Source: Raillietiella orientalis
Taxonomy: Eukaryota
Reading direction: 5' to 3'
Assembly: GCA_036172245.1 (NCBI GenBank)
Contig: JAYWIR010000013.1
Span: 868,001 to 932,000 of the forward strand
DNA length: 64,000 nucleotides
Made by a program: the position numbers and the translations under genes. Position 1 is the first letter of the stretch. Each line of letters starts with the position of its first letter. Below are positions 1-14,800 of this stretch, piece after piece. Under the pieces are notes generated by a model. That model saw only the letters and a list, made by a program, of their open reading frames with translations, ran no database searches and was not told the origin of the DNA.

Positions 1-1334
1 AATTTCGTAATCGTCTGTGGCAGGCTCCACGCCCTTTGGCGTGTTCTTCAATAAACACCCCGGGTGGCAACGAATCCTGAGCAGTTGCTCCTGCAATCAG
101 TTTGGAATAAAATCCCGAAAACATCATGTCGAGCATTTTGTGTCACGTCTGCGTCCACTCACCTAATTAGAAAGTCATGTTGCCCGAATCACGACACCCA
201 GGAACTGACCGCATAAATAACCTCCAATCAGTGTGTTAATAAATCATTGGACTTCAACTGACAATAAAATTCCATTTTTACTTGACTATCATTTAGAAAA
301 AAACATCTGATTCGTAAATATTCAGTGCATTGTCAATTCATTAAATGAGAATGATCCAGTTATTTTGTATGCATTTTTTACAATTCAACAGGATTACCAA
401 GAGTTGTACACGTACCTATAAGACTACCATAGAAACATTTGGCTATTCGGATACATAACCAACAGGGTGCATAACCGAATTCCCAAACTCATTATTTAAA
501 AAGAAAGCAAAAACTATCATAATCAAATGATATTCACAACAAACAGAATCAAATACTCGATTTATGTCCAACAGACGTATTCTCATTTCTTTTGCTCTAC
601 TTAGAATACCGTATCTTACTTATCTCGCTTCCTCCGTAAGAATACCTTATCTTACGCAGCAGCCCACTCTCTTCAATTCGTAAGACCTTTTTCGGAAAAC
701 CCTTTGTTCCCAATGCACCCTATCACTAATGAAGACTGTCCTTCATATGTCATCTCAGATCATGTCATCTTCATATGTCATTTTCTAAACCAGAACATTT
801 TTCCATCGTGAGCATTACAATGGTTCAAGAACACTGGAGCGAATGATTATTTCCAAATAATCTTCCTAACTCGGGTTTCTTTTACAAGGGTTTGCACTTG
901 AAATCTCAATCCCAATTATTTTATATCTCTGGATTGAAAATCCATAAGCACGGCTCTCAACTGACCATTTTTCTTGAACTTTTAAAAAGTCGTTTATATG
1001 CAAGCAAGGGCTTTCATCAGCTATCACGTTTCTTTAAGCGTCGCTCCTGCTCTTTGCCCAACTTTTTTTGGTAGCCACGATGCGAAAGTTTTCCCATAAA
1101 CAAAACCCATCAACAGCTCATCCTTCTGCCTGCGACAAAAACCTGACGATATTTTAAAATAATCTGCTGTTGCCTATTTACCTTTGTGTGGCTGTCTCGG
1201 TGGTCACCCACTTCCCTGTCACAATACCCTCTCCAGCAGTTTCCATCTCATCGTGAATGAGTTGGGTCATAGCTGGATATACCCAAGCGGCCTTCGAATT
1301 CTTGGAGAATACCTTGCCGCAGGGACTTCAAGAT

Positions 1335-1370
1335 AGCTCAGCAGCTTGCATAATTGCAAGCTGCTGAGCT
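1335..1370. repeat. Perfect palindrome, 16-bp arms, 4-nt spacer
   Basis: agctcagcagcttgca-taat-tgcaagctgctgagct. Confidence 0.95.
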
Positions 1371-4300
1371 GAGTTCAAATGCTGACAACTGTTCATGAAA
1401 CGAACGCCCGATAAAGGCCATAAAGCAACAACTTATGACATATGCTATGCACCGTTGTGGAACCGGAATACACTTGTGAAAAAGTCGTGACAGAACTTGA
1501 AAATTCAAGATGAACTTCAGAACTCTTCCACATGTGCAGAAATACGTGCGATGCTGAGTGCTGAAATTTTATACCACAATGTAATTGGCAAAGAGGAACC
1601 AGCTCTACGATGCTGTAAAGGCAAGAGCAATGAAAGAATTACGCCAAAAGGTGAATACCCTGTTTACTCATTCACGTGGAAAACTTATTTCTCAAAGCCA
1701 TTGGCATAATATGTTATCTCAAATTTCCATGTCGTGCAAGCCTGAAATGCATAGCCTCTACCAACTGCATTGCTTATTACACCTTTACTCGTTTTCAAGA
1801 CCAAAACATTAAAGACCATTGAGATACAGAAAATCCGAGCATATAACAACAGGTATTATGCGAACTGTTCGAATGGGAAGAGCATTCTGTAGACCATGTA
1901 TTCCATGTTAAAGGGTAATGAGCAAATTTCTTTTCGCCTAGAAGATTTGCAAGGAAATTCCTAACATGCTGATTTCCTAAGTTTTCCCTCTCTCTGCATG
2001 TGAAAATTTCCAAAAATCTTTTCCTCAGACTTCGTCCCCATAGGGCCAGCATGGATCGGAAGAATTCTTTCTCTCAGAAATGCTACCCATTTCGAAGTGC
2101 AATTCTGCACCTTCGGACATTTGTCATCAGAGGGTGAACTATGTGCATATGGTGAGCATCCACAGATTTCATAAGGAACCCTGCTCCGGATCGTTCGTTT
2201 AGAAATCCACCTCTCTCGTGCAAAGAGGGACACCGTGTCCTCCAGCAATCCGTGGGAAAACGAGCGTGAGGCTCATTGCCCTGTGATGCACTATGAAACT
2301 CGAACACTTTCAAGTCCATAGATCTGAAAACTCGTTAGTTAGTTAGATACACATATATGTATATGTATGACTCAAAATTGGCTCCTGTGCAAAAGTTTTT
2401 TTGTATTTAAGCTTCGAGCCGAAAGCATGCATACAAATGTGCACCAGTTTGAAAAGCTCATTGCGCCCGACGTAAAAAGGAAAGCAGGCATTGAATAATC
2501 CTCTTCAGAGAATATTCTTTCCTGGAAGAGTTTGCAGGTAACGACTTCCTCCGTGAGAGAGTTTTGGTTTTCCCTTCTGAAGAAATGAACACGTTCCGTC
2601 CGGGACACGCTTGAAACATCACGATAAGGTGACATTCGTAAAGATGGCTTAAGCGGCACACGCATCCAATTATTTGTGAGAATGGAACCTTCCGCTTCCG
2701 AAGTGACACCCGTCAGATTCCTATTTCCGAAGAAACACGTCAAGAGTCAAGATCATTACAATTCTTATGTTTAACACGCACCTATGCGGATGAACAGCCA
2801 TCTTAACTTAAGCGGTTCGCGATTTTAATTTGTGTGCATACAAAAACACACACACAAAAAAATGGATTTCAACTTGGTAATACTACTCTGCTACTCTAAA
2901 TATTAAAGAGGACATCAAGTACCAAAGGAGGTTTCGGCCCAGTCAACGTACTGGTGGAAATATCCGTTTTTCAAGTCTACGTGTCACCCAAACTGGGAAA
3001 ACTGTGCATCCATCTCGGTAATTTCGGGAATACCTGAGACGTGTTCCCCTTCTTTGGCACACACAGGATGCCTACGTTTTCTGACCGGATCCATGTGGAA
3101 CGAAGACTACGAAGTCCCTTGATTTTGAAATTCCGGTCGCCTCGTTGCTTTCGCGCGATAATTCTGCCGTGTCGAAGATCCTGATAAAGTGGGATTCTTA
3201 TCATCATCATCGTCCCCCCCCCCTCCACACCGTCGCGAAGAAACGCATTCCAGACGGCAAGTACCTACACGTTTCCGAGTCATCAGGGAACACGTAGCCG
3301 CGCGTCTGGAGAGCATGGCGGCGGGACCGCCAGTGCCTCCCGTGCACACGTGAAATCGAGCAGAGAATTGAAATCCCCGGAGGGCCACGCATTTGCACCG
3401 CGAGCCACTCGAAACTGGGTCCCTCGCTCACTCCGTTGTGCCCGGGAATGCACTTGAAAACTACTGCCGCCGCTGCCCACTTGTTTAAGGAGGAGAAATA
3501 TTGATTGCCGCTTAAAACACGCCTGCAACCAGAACTGGAGTACTTGCACCTGTTCCCCGCGAATGCATCATCCATCCCGGTGACATGACTTATGCATTCA
3601 GATGTGTTCCTCGAATGTGCCAGCCTGGGACTTCTGGAGTGAACAACCGGATCTTCTTAACCATAAATGGTTGTATATCTCAAGTACAACTCATGCCTAG
3701 ATCGTGTCCAGTTCACCATATGTTGTCACAAACGCCAGGCACTTTCACAGTGCTGAAATAGTCGGAACTTTCCAATCTCCCTGTGTACTTCATGATGGAA
3801 AACGTGCTTGAGGCTTTCATAGCAGCAAAAGACATTCCAGAATACCAAAAACTGGTTGCCCAAGAAGTCTTAGGTACTTTTTTCCGTTTAATTCTTGTTT
3901 TTTTTTTTGGTTCCATGTTTTTGCATGCTGTTACTGCAAAATAACAAAAATGCTGCACTTTGCTTTGAATAGCTAAAGTAAAAGGCAAAAAAAAAATGAA
4001 AATGAAGAAACATAACGTAAATGGTCTGATGGTCTGATCCGGTGCCAAGCCAATATGCAGAATTACTAAACTTTGTTACTGCTACATTTATGCACCTTTT
4101 ATGTTTATGAACGTTTAAGTACTTGCTTACTTGCTGCAAGCCACGAATCACTAATGATAAAATGACAAAATTTTAGCTCTTTTGGACTCTCATGTTCCTT
4201 CACCATCATCAGTGCTCGTTTTGCGTACCAAATGCTTATCATTATTGCAATGGGCTTATGAGTGTAAAAGCATAAGAATAAATTCCCTATCCTTGTTAGG

Positions 4301-5673
4301 ATTGAAGGTACTTTAAATTTAAATCACATAATTTTTTGATATGGTCCTAAACAGCTTAGGAAACACTAAACATGCTACATTTCCAGAGAATTATGCAAGA
4401 TCCCAGGTTTCGCCCTGATTTAACCCACCATGAAAAATTACCTGAACTTTTTTACAGCTTGTTAGAATCGATCGAATATTTTCCAAAGGCACATGAAAAC
4501 CAGCAGATTGAGACCATCAAGGTAGATAATACATTTTTCAAACAGCTGTTTCCATTCAGTGTTCTTCAGAAAAATGTTTGCCTTCAAAATTACATTATGC
4601 ATGCATGAGCATTCTGAATGGTTTCAGTGTTTACTTGTGTGTGAACTTTTAAAGTGAATTTTGTGCTGGTGATGTGGATTTTCATTAAGGTTGAGGCATG
4701 CATATGAGGTTGGGCAGATAAAATTGTGTAATGTAAACTCAATCCAATACTTTTGTTTGAGAAAATTTGTTAGGGACATTTTTGATTGCATTCAGAGATA
4801 TGAAAGTAAAACTGCTTTTGTAATCAGTATGCATTCAGATGCATACGATTATATATGCTCAAGTGTTTACAAATATTTGTGCATTGTAACCCCCTTTTGA
4901 AAAAAAAAAATCGCATTAATTTTTACAATGCAAAGTGCACTAAAATTAGTAGCAGTGATAGTTCTTTTTCACAGATTTGCTATTGACATTGAGCATAAAC
5001 ATACACAAACATTTACAATTATCTTAGGTTCAGAAGCAGAAGATACAAATGAATGCCCCTGTGATACGTTTAGACAATGATATGGTAAACAGCTCGAACA
5101 TGTTAACATTGAGTGGATTCTTCAAAATAGGATGTTTAAATATGACTGCATAAAATTAGTTTTGCCATGCATATTCCTGTAGTAAACCTGAATTCTTTAT
5201 TCTGCTGATCTTAATTAAAATTTCAGCTGCTAAAAGTCACCAATATATAATTAAATGTAGCTGACTGCTTTGATAGGCACAACTTATTGTTTTTTTTTGT
5301 TTATTTCTAAAAGACAAATAAAAAAACACACACACACACAAAGATAAAAGGATGACAAAATTCAATTATTATTAATTAAAGAAATGCAGACATTTCTGAA
5401 TGGTTCCAGTATTTATACTTGTGAACCCTTCTTGGCATGCAGATGCCGCCTTCAAATTCCAACTTCTGTAGCAGTCAAACTCATGTTACGATTAGTGCTA
5501 TGATTAATACCGTATGCATAAAAACAACCTTTAGATTTTTTGGAAATAATGGGAAATAAGAATCTGTGATTTTAATTTCCTTAATAGTTATGGCGTGTTA
5601 ACTTGAAAAAAAAAAAAATGAAAATCGTTGCGACATACTGTAAAATAAAGCTTTGGGAACAATCATTATGGAG

Positions 5674-5709
5674 AAAAAACAACGTAAGTAAGTACTTACG
5701 TTGTTTTTT
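5674..5709. repeat. Perfect palindrome, 17-bp arms, 2-nt spacer
   Basis: aaaaaacaacgtaagta-ag-tacttacgttgtttttt. Confidence 0.95.
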
Positions 5710-8700
5710 GAACTCAAACTCAAATTTGAACTTCCTGATAAAAAGTTGCGTATTCTTTCTTTCCGTTTCAATGAGGAGATGAGAATCGTTTATGCATGAA
5801 AAACAACAAACTCAACTATTTCCGTGAGTAAAAGTATGCATCACACACTATTATGCAAGACAAATAGGACTTTTTTTTTGTTACGATGTTATCAACAACC
5901 ACATCAGTTCTGGAATGCAACGTTCGATTACATTGCATCTTGTTGAGAAACTTTTGACTGTTAACCTGGAAATAACCTGAAAGGTCATATGTTTCATTAA
6001 AATTTTGTCATTAGAAATACAAACAAACATTGGAGCGCACCTTTTCACTACATTGCAATGCACTGTATTCCACTGGATCAGGCATACCAATGCAAATTTT
6101 CAGTACCCTTTCCCAAACTCGAGCTATGCTTAGAAGGTCGACAAAAACGTTGACTTTAAGCGTAATGCAAATACTTTAAGAAATGGAAATGATTTTGTGA
6201 AGATCTCTTGATTCTCATTACATGGCATTTAAGATGCACCTTCAGAATAGTAATTTCGTCTTGAATTAAATTCTCAATTGAAAACTGATACGTGATAAGT
6301 GGTGTCTTATCATTTGCTAGCTATTTCCTTAAAGATCTTTCGCTTTTACGAGAGCTGTCTCATTGAATGTTACTTGAAGTATGTATTAAAATTTGATTTA
6401 TTCCATTCCATGTTCCTTTTCAGTACAAATGACAGAACTGAAACTCCGGTTATTGCATAAGTGCAAATAATGTTTTCTAATCATTGGATACAACTCTTTT
6501 TCTTCTCCAACTGCATATTAGGAATCTGAATTTGAAGATTGCGATTCACAGCATCTTTCTATACGCCCTTCTAACACTTCTTGATAAGCAAATTGGTTCA
6601 TATTTTGGTTCGTGATTCATGATAGTTGCCCATCACATAACATACAAAAATGTGTGTTTCACTGTTTACTAAAAATTCAAGGATGCGTTCGTTGTTTTGA
6701 AAAATAAATGTGTATTGTATATTTTTACTAATCATCGATTTCTATACTCTGTTATAAAGAAAATTATTTTAATTTTATTTTTTCGACATTCATTTTTTGT
6801 CATTTATTGATTCACTTTGAAATCGCACGAATGTTTTTTACTCAACCACAATAAGACTGACCAAAAAGTGTTTGTGTGATCAGAAAGCTTTCGTCAAATA
6901 ATTATTCTGTAAAGTATGCTATGCGTGGAAAGGGTTGTGTATATCTTTGGTCAGCTTTTTGAATTCGTAAGTTAGGATAAGATGAAAAACAATTCGCCTA
7001 TTTAATGTCAATAAAAGTACCAAAAAAAATGTATGAATAAATTGATAGTGAGAGCAGAATGTCGTATGAATGCAAAAGGAGCCGAAATCACAAACTGAAA
7101 CTAGTTTGAAATATAATCCAATATATTAGGATTTACTTGAAATATGTTTGAAACCCAACTTGTTCTGGAGAGGAAGAAAAGAGCAAATCACTTCAGAAAT
7201 GCATTTTAAAAATCTGAAAACCCATAATATCGAAACTCTCGAGGCATTTCTGAAGTTGTAATTTTAGCCAAGATTTCTGGATTTTTTTTTTTTTTTTGGT
7301 TTTTTCATCTGATAAAGTACTCATTTGAATTCAGAAGGATTTAAATCAAAGTCCAAATTTGTATGGTGTTTTAAATATTGAAAAGGATTATGAATTGCAC
7401 ATCCTTTTTGATTACTGACTAAATCATTGTGAAATCCTGGAAACTTTAAAAAAAAAAAAAAAAAACGATTTTTAAAAATTTGACACAATCTTGGAAAAAA
7501 TTCGGCATTTCCCCGTGACTCCAAGAGTTTTTCCTTTCCTTTTTGTCGATGGCAACCAGCGAGATTCCATTTTGCATTTTCCATTTTGCTTTTCCGCTTG
7601 ATGGATTACGTGGTTTCAAAACTTCCCTCGTTCGTAATGGGTCTTTGAGGAGATAGTAATGTACTGTAGCGCTATAATAATAGTAATTGCAATCATGCCT
7701 GGTAAAGTATAATCATATTCTTGTATTCTGTTGTATATATGGGGAGAGTATGTGGTGTTTATCCGAGCTTTATACTCTTCAAGGGATGAGGTACGGCTAC
7801 GGGAATGATGGAAAAAGGTGTGTTGGCAAAAATGGAGCGAAGCACAGCCTCTTGATCTGAAACTATCGAATTAGAGTGACTCACAGAGACAATTACATGG
7901 ACATTGTATGTGATAATTTGGGGGTTGTAATTTACTTTATAAAGACTCGTTTGTAGTTTATAAAGAGGATGGAATGAGGCCCAATGAATTCACGAGCAGG
8001 ATATCTTCACTTCATCTTTGATGTGAAGTACTAATTACTAGAGAATCATTTGCTTGAAAGTAACAAGGAAGTGACAACACCTTCAAGTACATGTCCGTTT
8101 CTCTTACCCGTTTGCTCTGCCGTTTCGACAAGCCACGAGCAGGCCACTCTCTGAGAGCCTCCAAATGTTTTTTTTTTTTTTTCATCAATTCTTCTTAAAT
8201 TAAGCTTGCTGGAAAAAAACTTTTGTGTGTGTCCATTACCGCAAGCATCTGTGGAGCCTTTGGTTCCGCAAACGTGTTCAAGTGTGCTTGCTGTTTTTCA
8301 CTTCGAGGAGGATGTACAATGTGAGAACCGGAAACTTTGTGGAGATGCACCCGACCTGAGGGAAATGCTCATTTAATGATGAAGCAATCTCTGGAGATTT
8401 GAGTTATCAAAACACTCATCGATTTCCCGAAACTCAAGCGACCTTGGAGACTGAATTTCCTAGATTTTTTCAAAACCCCGTTCGATACTGGTTCTCATTT
8501 TACTACTGAAACCAGCACCTGCTAAAGCGATCAGAACTCTTGTAACACAGCAGATGTATGTCATTCAGAATAGCAAAACTTTCAGTTGAAAGAGAGAAAG
8601 AAGTTTTTTATTGAGATGACACGAGGGACTCAGCAAAGGGCATTTCCAGAAAGGTTCTATTCTTCTTGATGACATGAATGAGAAGACTGCCTTACTATAC

Positions 8701-8862
8701 GGGAGACTCGTTTGCTATTTGGAATGTTCATGAGGCCCAGCGAAGGAAAGACTGAACAGAAGCGGAGAACTTGGTAAGTGCACGGACACTGGCGCTTGCC
8801 TAGCTATCAGAAAACAGAGGGCTTGGAATGGGGGCCGATTCGGTTGGCACCCGCTGGTGGCC

Positions 8863-11800
8863 ATGGAGGAAGCATTCAGTAGGGATAATCTTAAATAGAA
8901 AGAGAGAGGAAGCATCAATCGGGTCTCTAAAGCACTGAACTTCGGGCGGCAGAAAGGTGCAAGCCGAGGTGTCCTTGTGTTGATTTGTCTCGGGGACGAC
9001 ATGGGCAAGAGCGGGCAGCAAAAGATTGTTTGCCTCTTTCTTCAGTTGCTCACTGGATGAGCAATCACTCCGACAGTTCGTCAAGGAAAGCGGTCCTGTT
9101 CTCTGTGCTAAAAGAAGGAAGTCCACATCAGGCACGGAGAGTTTGATTAAGGAAGTTACAACTGGCAAGCTTCTATGGCATCAGAGCGTTTGCAAATGCT
9201 TTCGGAGCAAGAACGTGGTAGGTGGCCTGGTTCCCTGAAGGAATCGCTCGAACTTGCACATCTTAGTCAGTACTGAGTGAATCCCTGTAAAGTTGCAAAT
9301 ATCTTGTAATAATTTTTTTCCAAACATGAGAAAGCACTGTTTGGAGAGTCCTCTTTTTTTTTGGTAGCATTTGATCTCTTCCACAGGTGGTTTTTTTCGA
9401 GAGCGTTAGAATTTAGTTATGTATTACAAAGTTATTTCGGGCTAATTTCCAGGTACATTAAAAAGTGCATTTAAAGGTTTAAATGCACTTTTTAATACAC
9501 AGGCGCATAGGAAAAGCATAAGGCAGCTTTAAATTTACCTTTGTCATGCTATACTCCTGTGCCGCTTTCTTTGCTAGCATATTCGTTCTAGCAAAGAAGG
9601 ACTTGCCCATGCTGTGCAGCCCAGAAGAAATTTCTCTTGGAGAGCTGGTACTATTTTGGAAAATTCTTTTCAGCTAGCTTACATTTGGCCGGCGAAATTA
9701 AATCGGAATACGTTGATGATGAAGAACCAGAATTTCGCTCACAATGCAAAGGCTTTGTTTTGCTGGTGCTGCTTAAGGACTCGTGCTGATCCTGCACGGG
9801 TGCATTGTACCAAGTACTGCTTTGGGTCCCTTTGCAGATTCTACAGCTGCTTTCTTAACTGTTAGGGGTCGAGATCTTTTCAATGAGGTGGTTCTTCACC
9901 GAAAGGCAAGCGCCTTGAGTGAACAGCTTCGAGTACAAGGGTGTCATTGAAAGAACTACGAATTCACAGGACGTGTCCAGTGGGAGCTCGCTGGTTGTTG
10001 TTTCTTGAGGAGTTATTAACTAAGGAGACTCTGAGTGCTAGCGAAGAGCAAAGATGTTGACAAGAAAGTACCTGTTTCTCACCCGGGTGCGCCGGGGCGT
10101 TTATTCCTAAACTATCCAGGAACAGAGTTACCGGACAAAGGACACAGAAGAAACGAAGGGGGGGATCACCGACACGCAGGTCGGTAAACCGAAAGTCCGG
10201 AACGGGAGGGAGGGGACCACAAATACACATATAAAGATATGGGGAGAGTAGGGGACAGGGAACTTTGGTTTGGCCGTTCCTTTCCTTCAGAACCAACTAT
10301 GGATGCCGATGATCTCGCTCCTAACGTCCTCTAGAAGATGGGCCCACCCGGCAGCCGACATCATGTTCTCGCCGGCTTCTCCGGTGGCCTGTCGACGAAT
10401 CGCCAGCTTCTCCAGCTCTCGGTGGACCTTGTCGATGGTGTTGGTGCAACAGACCGTTGCGATGACAGCACCTAAGCACACGCCGCCTGGCGTGAAGAAG
10501 CGGCGCATCAAGTCTCTCGCGGTGTCCCCCTGGTGCAGGAGGGCTGAGGCCAACCTCCGCCACAGTCCTTGGAGGACATCGCAGTCCAAGAGCAGGTGTG
10601 GGAGCGTTTCCACTTCCCCGCATCGTTTACAGTTCGGGGAGACAACTCCCCCGGAAACACGGTTCGTCCGCTGGTTGGAGTGAAAACCCCAATGCAACCA
10701 GCATGATGACGTCCTGTTCCCAACTCAAAGGAAACAGAAGTGTTCAAACAGGAGGGAGGGACCACAAGTTCTTCGGGGGGCACACTCAAATGTTCGCTCC
10801 ACCGAAGGAGTCCTTTCACGATGTAGCGAGGCGTGGCGGCGTCTGCCAGCTCGCAAGCCCTCCAACCGCCTGGGTCGTGTTGATCCTGCGATGGCGCAGG
10901 CGACCTCCCACCTCGCCGGTAGGCAGCTGTCATCACTTGCCCTAAGGGCTGACAGCATGTCGGCGAGGGCGTGACGGCCAGGCGAGTCCACTTCTCCCGG
11001 CTGTTCCAGACCTCATCCACCGTACAGTACGGGGAGAGGTTGGCGCAACGGAGTTCCAAGAGCGAAACATCCTGTTGCTTTGCCCAGGCATGCAACGATT
11101 CCTGCCGCCAGGCGTCAAAGTTCGTGCCTGTGCCTTCGACAGTTTGCGGGCTTGAAGATGCTCGCAGGTTCTGGTGCCACGCCCAGAGAGCACAGCCACA
11201 CGGCCGCCGACGCAGACGTGAAGATTTAAAAGAAACACACACACAAAAACTCATTTCTCGCCAGCGCTTATCGTCTCGAGGGTCTCTTCGCTCTTGCTGA
11301 ATGAAAGCAGTTGCCAGACGTACCTCTCGCTTTCGAGCCCGCGCAAGCACTTCGAAACCAAGCCGCGTAACTGCTGTTGTTCTGACCGGGTTGCACCTGA
11401 AAAGATCACGAATTTTTCAGATGCTGATTGAGGTAGTCAGCTTCATCACCAACATCAGCATCGCTTCAGCTATTCAGGTCATTAGTTTTAGCGCTCAGCT
11501 CTGCACGAAGAACAAGGAGCGTCTTAAAGTTGCTGCCCTCGCTGCGGCAAGCCAAGTTGTACAAAAGTTCGTTGGCCAGCTAGGTAAGTAAAAAAAGTCC
11601 TTTTTATCTTTCGTTTTCTGTTCCTAAAAAAAAAAAATCGCCAAAGCCGGAGAGAAAATGCAGAGTTTCTTTTTCCTCTTCTCTCGTAAAAACGTTTCCG
11701 GGAATGCAAGCAGAGGAATGCGACGTTCTTCTCATGAAGGCGTCTCAGCGGCATTTTCATCCGTAAAACGCCGAAGAGCTAACGAAGAGGGCGGGCGCGA

Positions 11801-14800
11801 CGCTCACGTGACAGTTACGCGCTGAGACGTCAGTTACGTGCATCAGTGACGTCAACTGCGCGCGGAGCTCGGTATTGTTGTCTTCCCGGTGCCGGCCCGA
11901 GTCGCCATCTTCGACAGGAAGCGCGTCTTGTCGGGAAAGCGATCGTGGGGATCTCGTCGTAAACGTTGTTCGTTGCGATTTGGAGTATCGGATGTCGGAA
12001 CGAGGAAAAATCAAGGAATCGTATCTCGGGGAATTCTGGAACTGCTTCCAGACTCTCGGAGTTAGTGAGCATCAGATAGCAATAGGGAAACGGTGAGTGC
12101 TCACGGGAATGCCTCCGATCCCTGCCGTGGTATCCCTGCGGAAGTTATGTGTGCAGGAATCAAAGGAAAACGTACTGCTCGTGAGGCTGTTTGGGATGTA
12201 CAGAACTTCTCTGCATGGACAGGGCGGATCGCAATCCAATCCCAGGGTGCGTTCTCCTCCCTTGCTGAAGCAAATTCTGAAAAAAATATTGCCTTGTGTC
12301 CTTTTTTTTTGTTGTCGTTGTTTATCTTACCGTCTCGAATGATTTGCAGGATCGGATGCGTTGCTTAAGGACGCATTCGATCCCGAAGCCCGTCCAGACA
12401 GCTTTCCGGAGGAATCTGCGCATCTCCTGCGTTAGACAACAGGCTAACCATGGATCCGGAAGGAAAATTTTCTCTCAAGGAAGAAATCACCGTAAATGCT
12501 CCCCACCGTAAGTGGCCGCCGAGCCACTTTCATGACGGTCGACTGATGGGAGAAACGCCTAAAAGCGCCACTTGTGGTGCTTCTTCGGTGCTCGAGACGT
12601 GCGTGCCCGCGGTCTATGGTGGCACTGACGTGTGACATTGGGCTGACCCGGCACTCCGCGAATCGAGTTGGTTTCCAGAATTCGATGAGAGGAAGGTGCT
12701 CTCCCTTTACGAGACACCGACCCCCATGCGTGGGGATTAGCGGGAACGCAACCCGGGATACCGGGTCTCCGCGTTTTCCCCATGCGGAACGTTCTCCATT
12801 TTCGGGATTCCGAGAAGCGGCCGCTCCATGCTCCTGTGATCTGTTCTAATGCATCTGGGGCCTCGATAGAAACAGCACGGGTTACCGAAGCATCTTGAAA
12901 AATGAATACAGGTGTTTATTCTGTGTATTTACGTGTACGTTGGCATGTAAATTCACATATAGATTCATATACAAATTATTTTTTAACATGCATATTTATT
13001 AATTACATTAATGCTGTGTATTTATATATATAGTGAAGATTGTAAAAACTATGATTATCAGTCTACATTTATATATTTAATAAATATGTATATTAAATGA
13101 ATATGTAAATATCGAATTTTAGAAAATGAGAAATGACTGTGACAATTGAAAACACTGGGGAGAAAATAAGAAGACAAATGAAATAAAAAAAAACGAAAAA
13201 GGAATTTGGTATTTCATTTTTCCCTCACTTCCGACATTCACTAACTGAAACTTTCTCAGGAAATGACGAACTTTATTGTCGTAATTTTGATCGTTCGATC
13301 AATATAAAAGTTATATTTATATATTCTTTTCATATATATTTATTATGTGTATAAATATATAGAATAAACGTGTTATCAACTTATCTTAAAATATATAACA
13401 AACGCATATATATATTGATTTTTTATAATCTTTATAATATATGTTAATCTGTATGCAAGTATGTATTTTTATATATAATATAAAACTGTATTTTGATTTA
13501 TATCAATAATGCTCATGTTAATAAATGTTAGTAAATATATATGTTCAAATAAGTTTGTATATTAATCTATAGATAAATTTATATATACATAATAAACATA
13601 CTTATTTAATTTTACGATCCTTCGGGATTTTGGTCGGCACCAGATGGGACATGGAAGTGTATTTCGGTGTGGACAACTGAAGCGGCATGTGGGAGGGGAA
13701 GAAGAAAAAAAAAAATAATTCTAAGATCGGAAGGGCCGAGGGGAAATCCTCAAACCCGTCCGTAGGTGAGCTGCTGAGGTGCAGCAGTGCAGGCAAGGCA
13801 GGAGGAAATCGAAGGAACAAGTGGCGTCCTAACGAAGTATCCTTTAACTAGCTGCTGTCGAATCTGCATTCGAGTTACTACGGCGACCAGCTAGTTAAAA
13901 GATCGAGCTTAAAGCTCGAGATGCGGAGCGCCTATGCGCTCAGCCACGTCGACCTTATGGATCACTCACCTGAGACAGAGGCAGAGCTCGTTTCCTGGTT
14001 AGCAGCTGAGCGATGTACTCCATGGGATTCATAACAGTTGCAGCGTTTAGGAATGTGCAGCGTTACCGACACCACCTCGCCGCATGCCGAAGAAGCCCTG
14101 GCTCGAACGGAGGAGCCATCATTCCGCTGTTGGTGCGATTCTGTGGGTGGCGTATCACTTCATCTGCAACGCTTCAGCTGTGAAACACAATGAAACTGTT
14201 CGCACCAACTGCCCATTTTAATATAGGGAGCTCTGCATTCTATCTTGCAGCTCCGTGTCCCTTTCGCTAGATGGTCAGCCAGGCTGCAACCTGTTCATCT
14301 AAACGCATTTCGTTTGGTAAAGCCTTGATGAAAAAATCGTGCTAACAGAGAAAGGGAGCGGCAACGGCCTGTTGGGGGAATTGCCCGGAGCCACCAGTTC
14401 GAGTTCCAAGGTCATCTAGGGATTAGAATGATGTGCGTGTGACATCAGAAGCAGTTGGAAAGCGGAGCTGACCGTGGTTGCTGACTTGTCTGCGAATTGC
14501 GATTCAAAAAAAAAAAGCAAGCAAATTTTCCATGAGATTGTTGGGAAATGAAAGAAATCTTGACATCCCCGCAACTGGAGCTGGTGGACAACTCGGTACT
14601 TATAAGAAACACCAGTGATCTTTATATGACTATCATTAATTCCCACGATAAACATGAATTCAAGTAACGGCACTTGCTCGAGAGAAGAAAATTCAAAGAG
14701 GAACATCATTTGTGATCTTCTCACAGTCTCTTTTCGAGATTTTCCAAAGAAAAAAATACCGAATGCAACGCATGTATGTGAAGGTACCAGAAATCCAAAG

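Noticed and set aside
600..1300. RTE-like LINE relic or helicase exon on the minus strand
   Set aside because: Short resemblances (FPKKVLRIEESG; LNSAQQLAI) are broken by stops, and the second overlaps the palindrome.
13837..13845. U12-type donor GTATCCTTT
   Set aside because: I found no matching branch site, acceptor or exon context, and it overlaps the hairpin stem.
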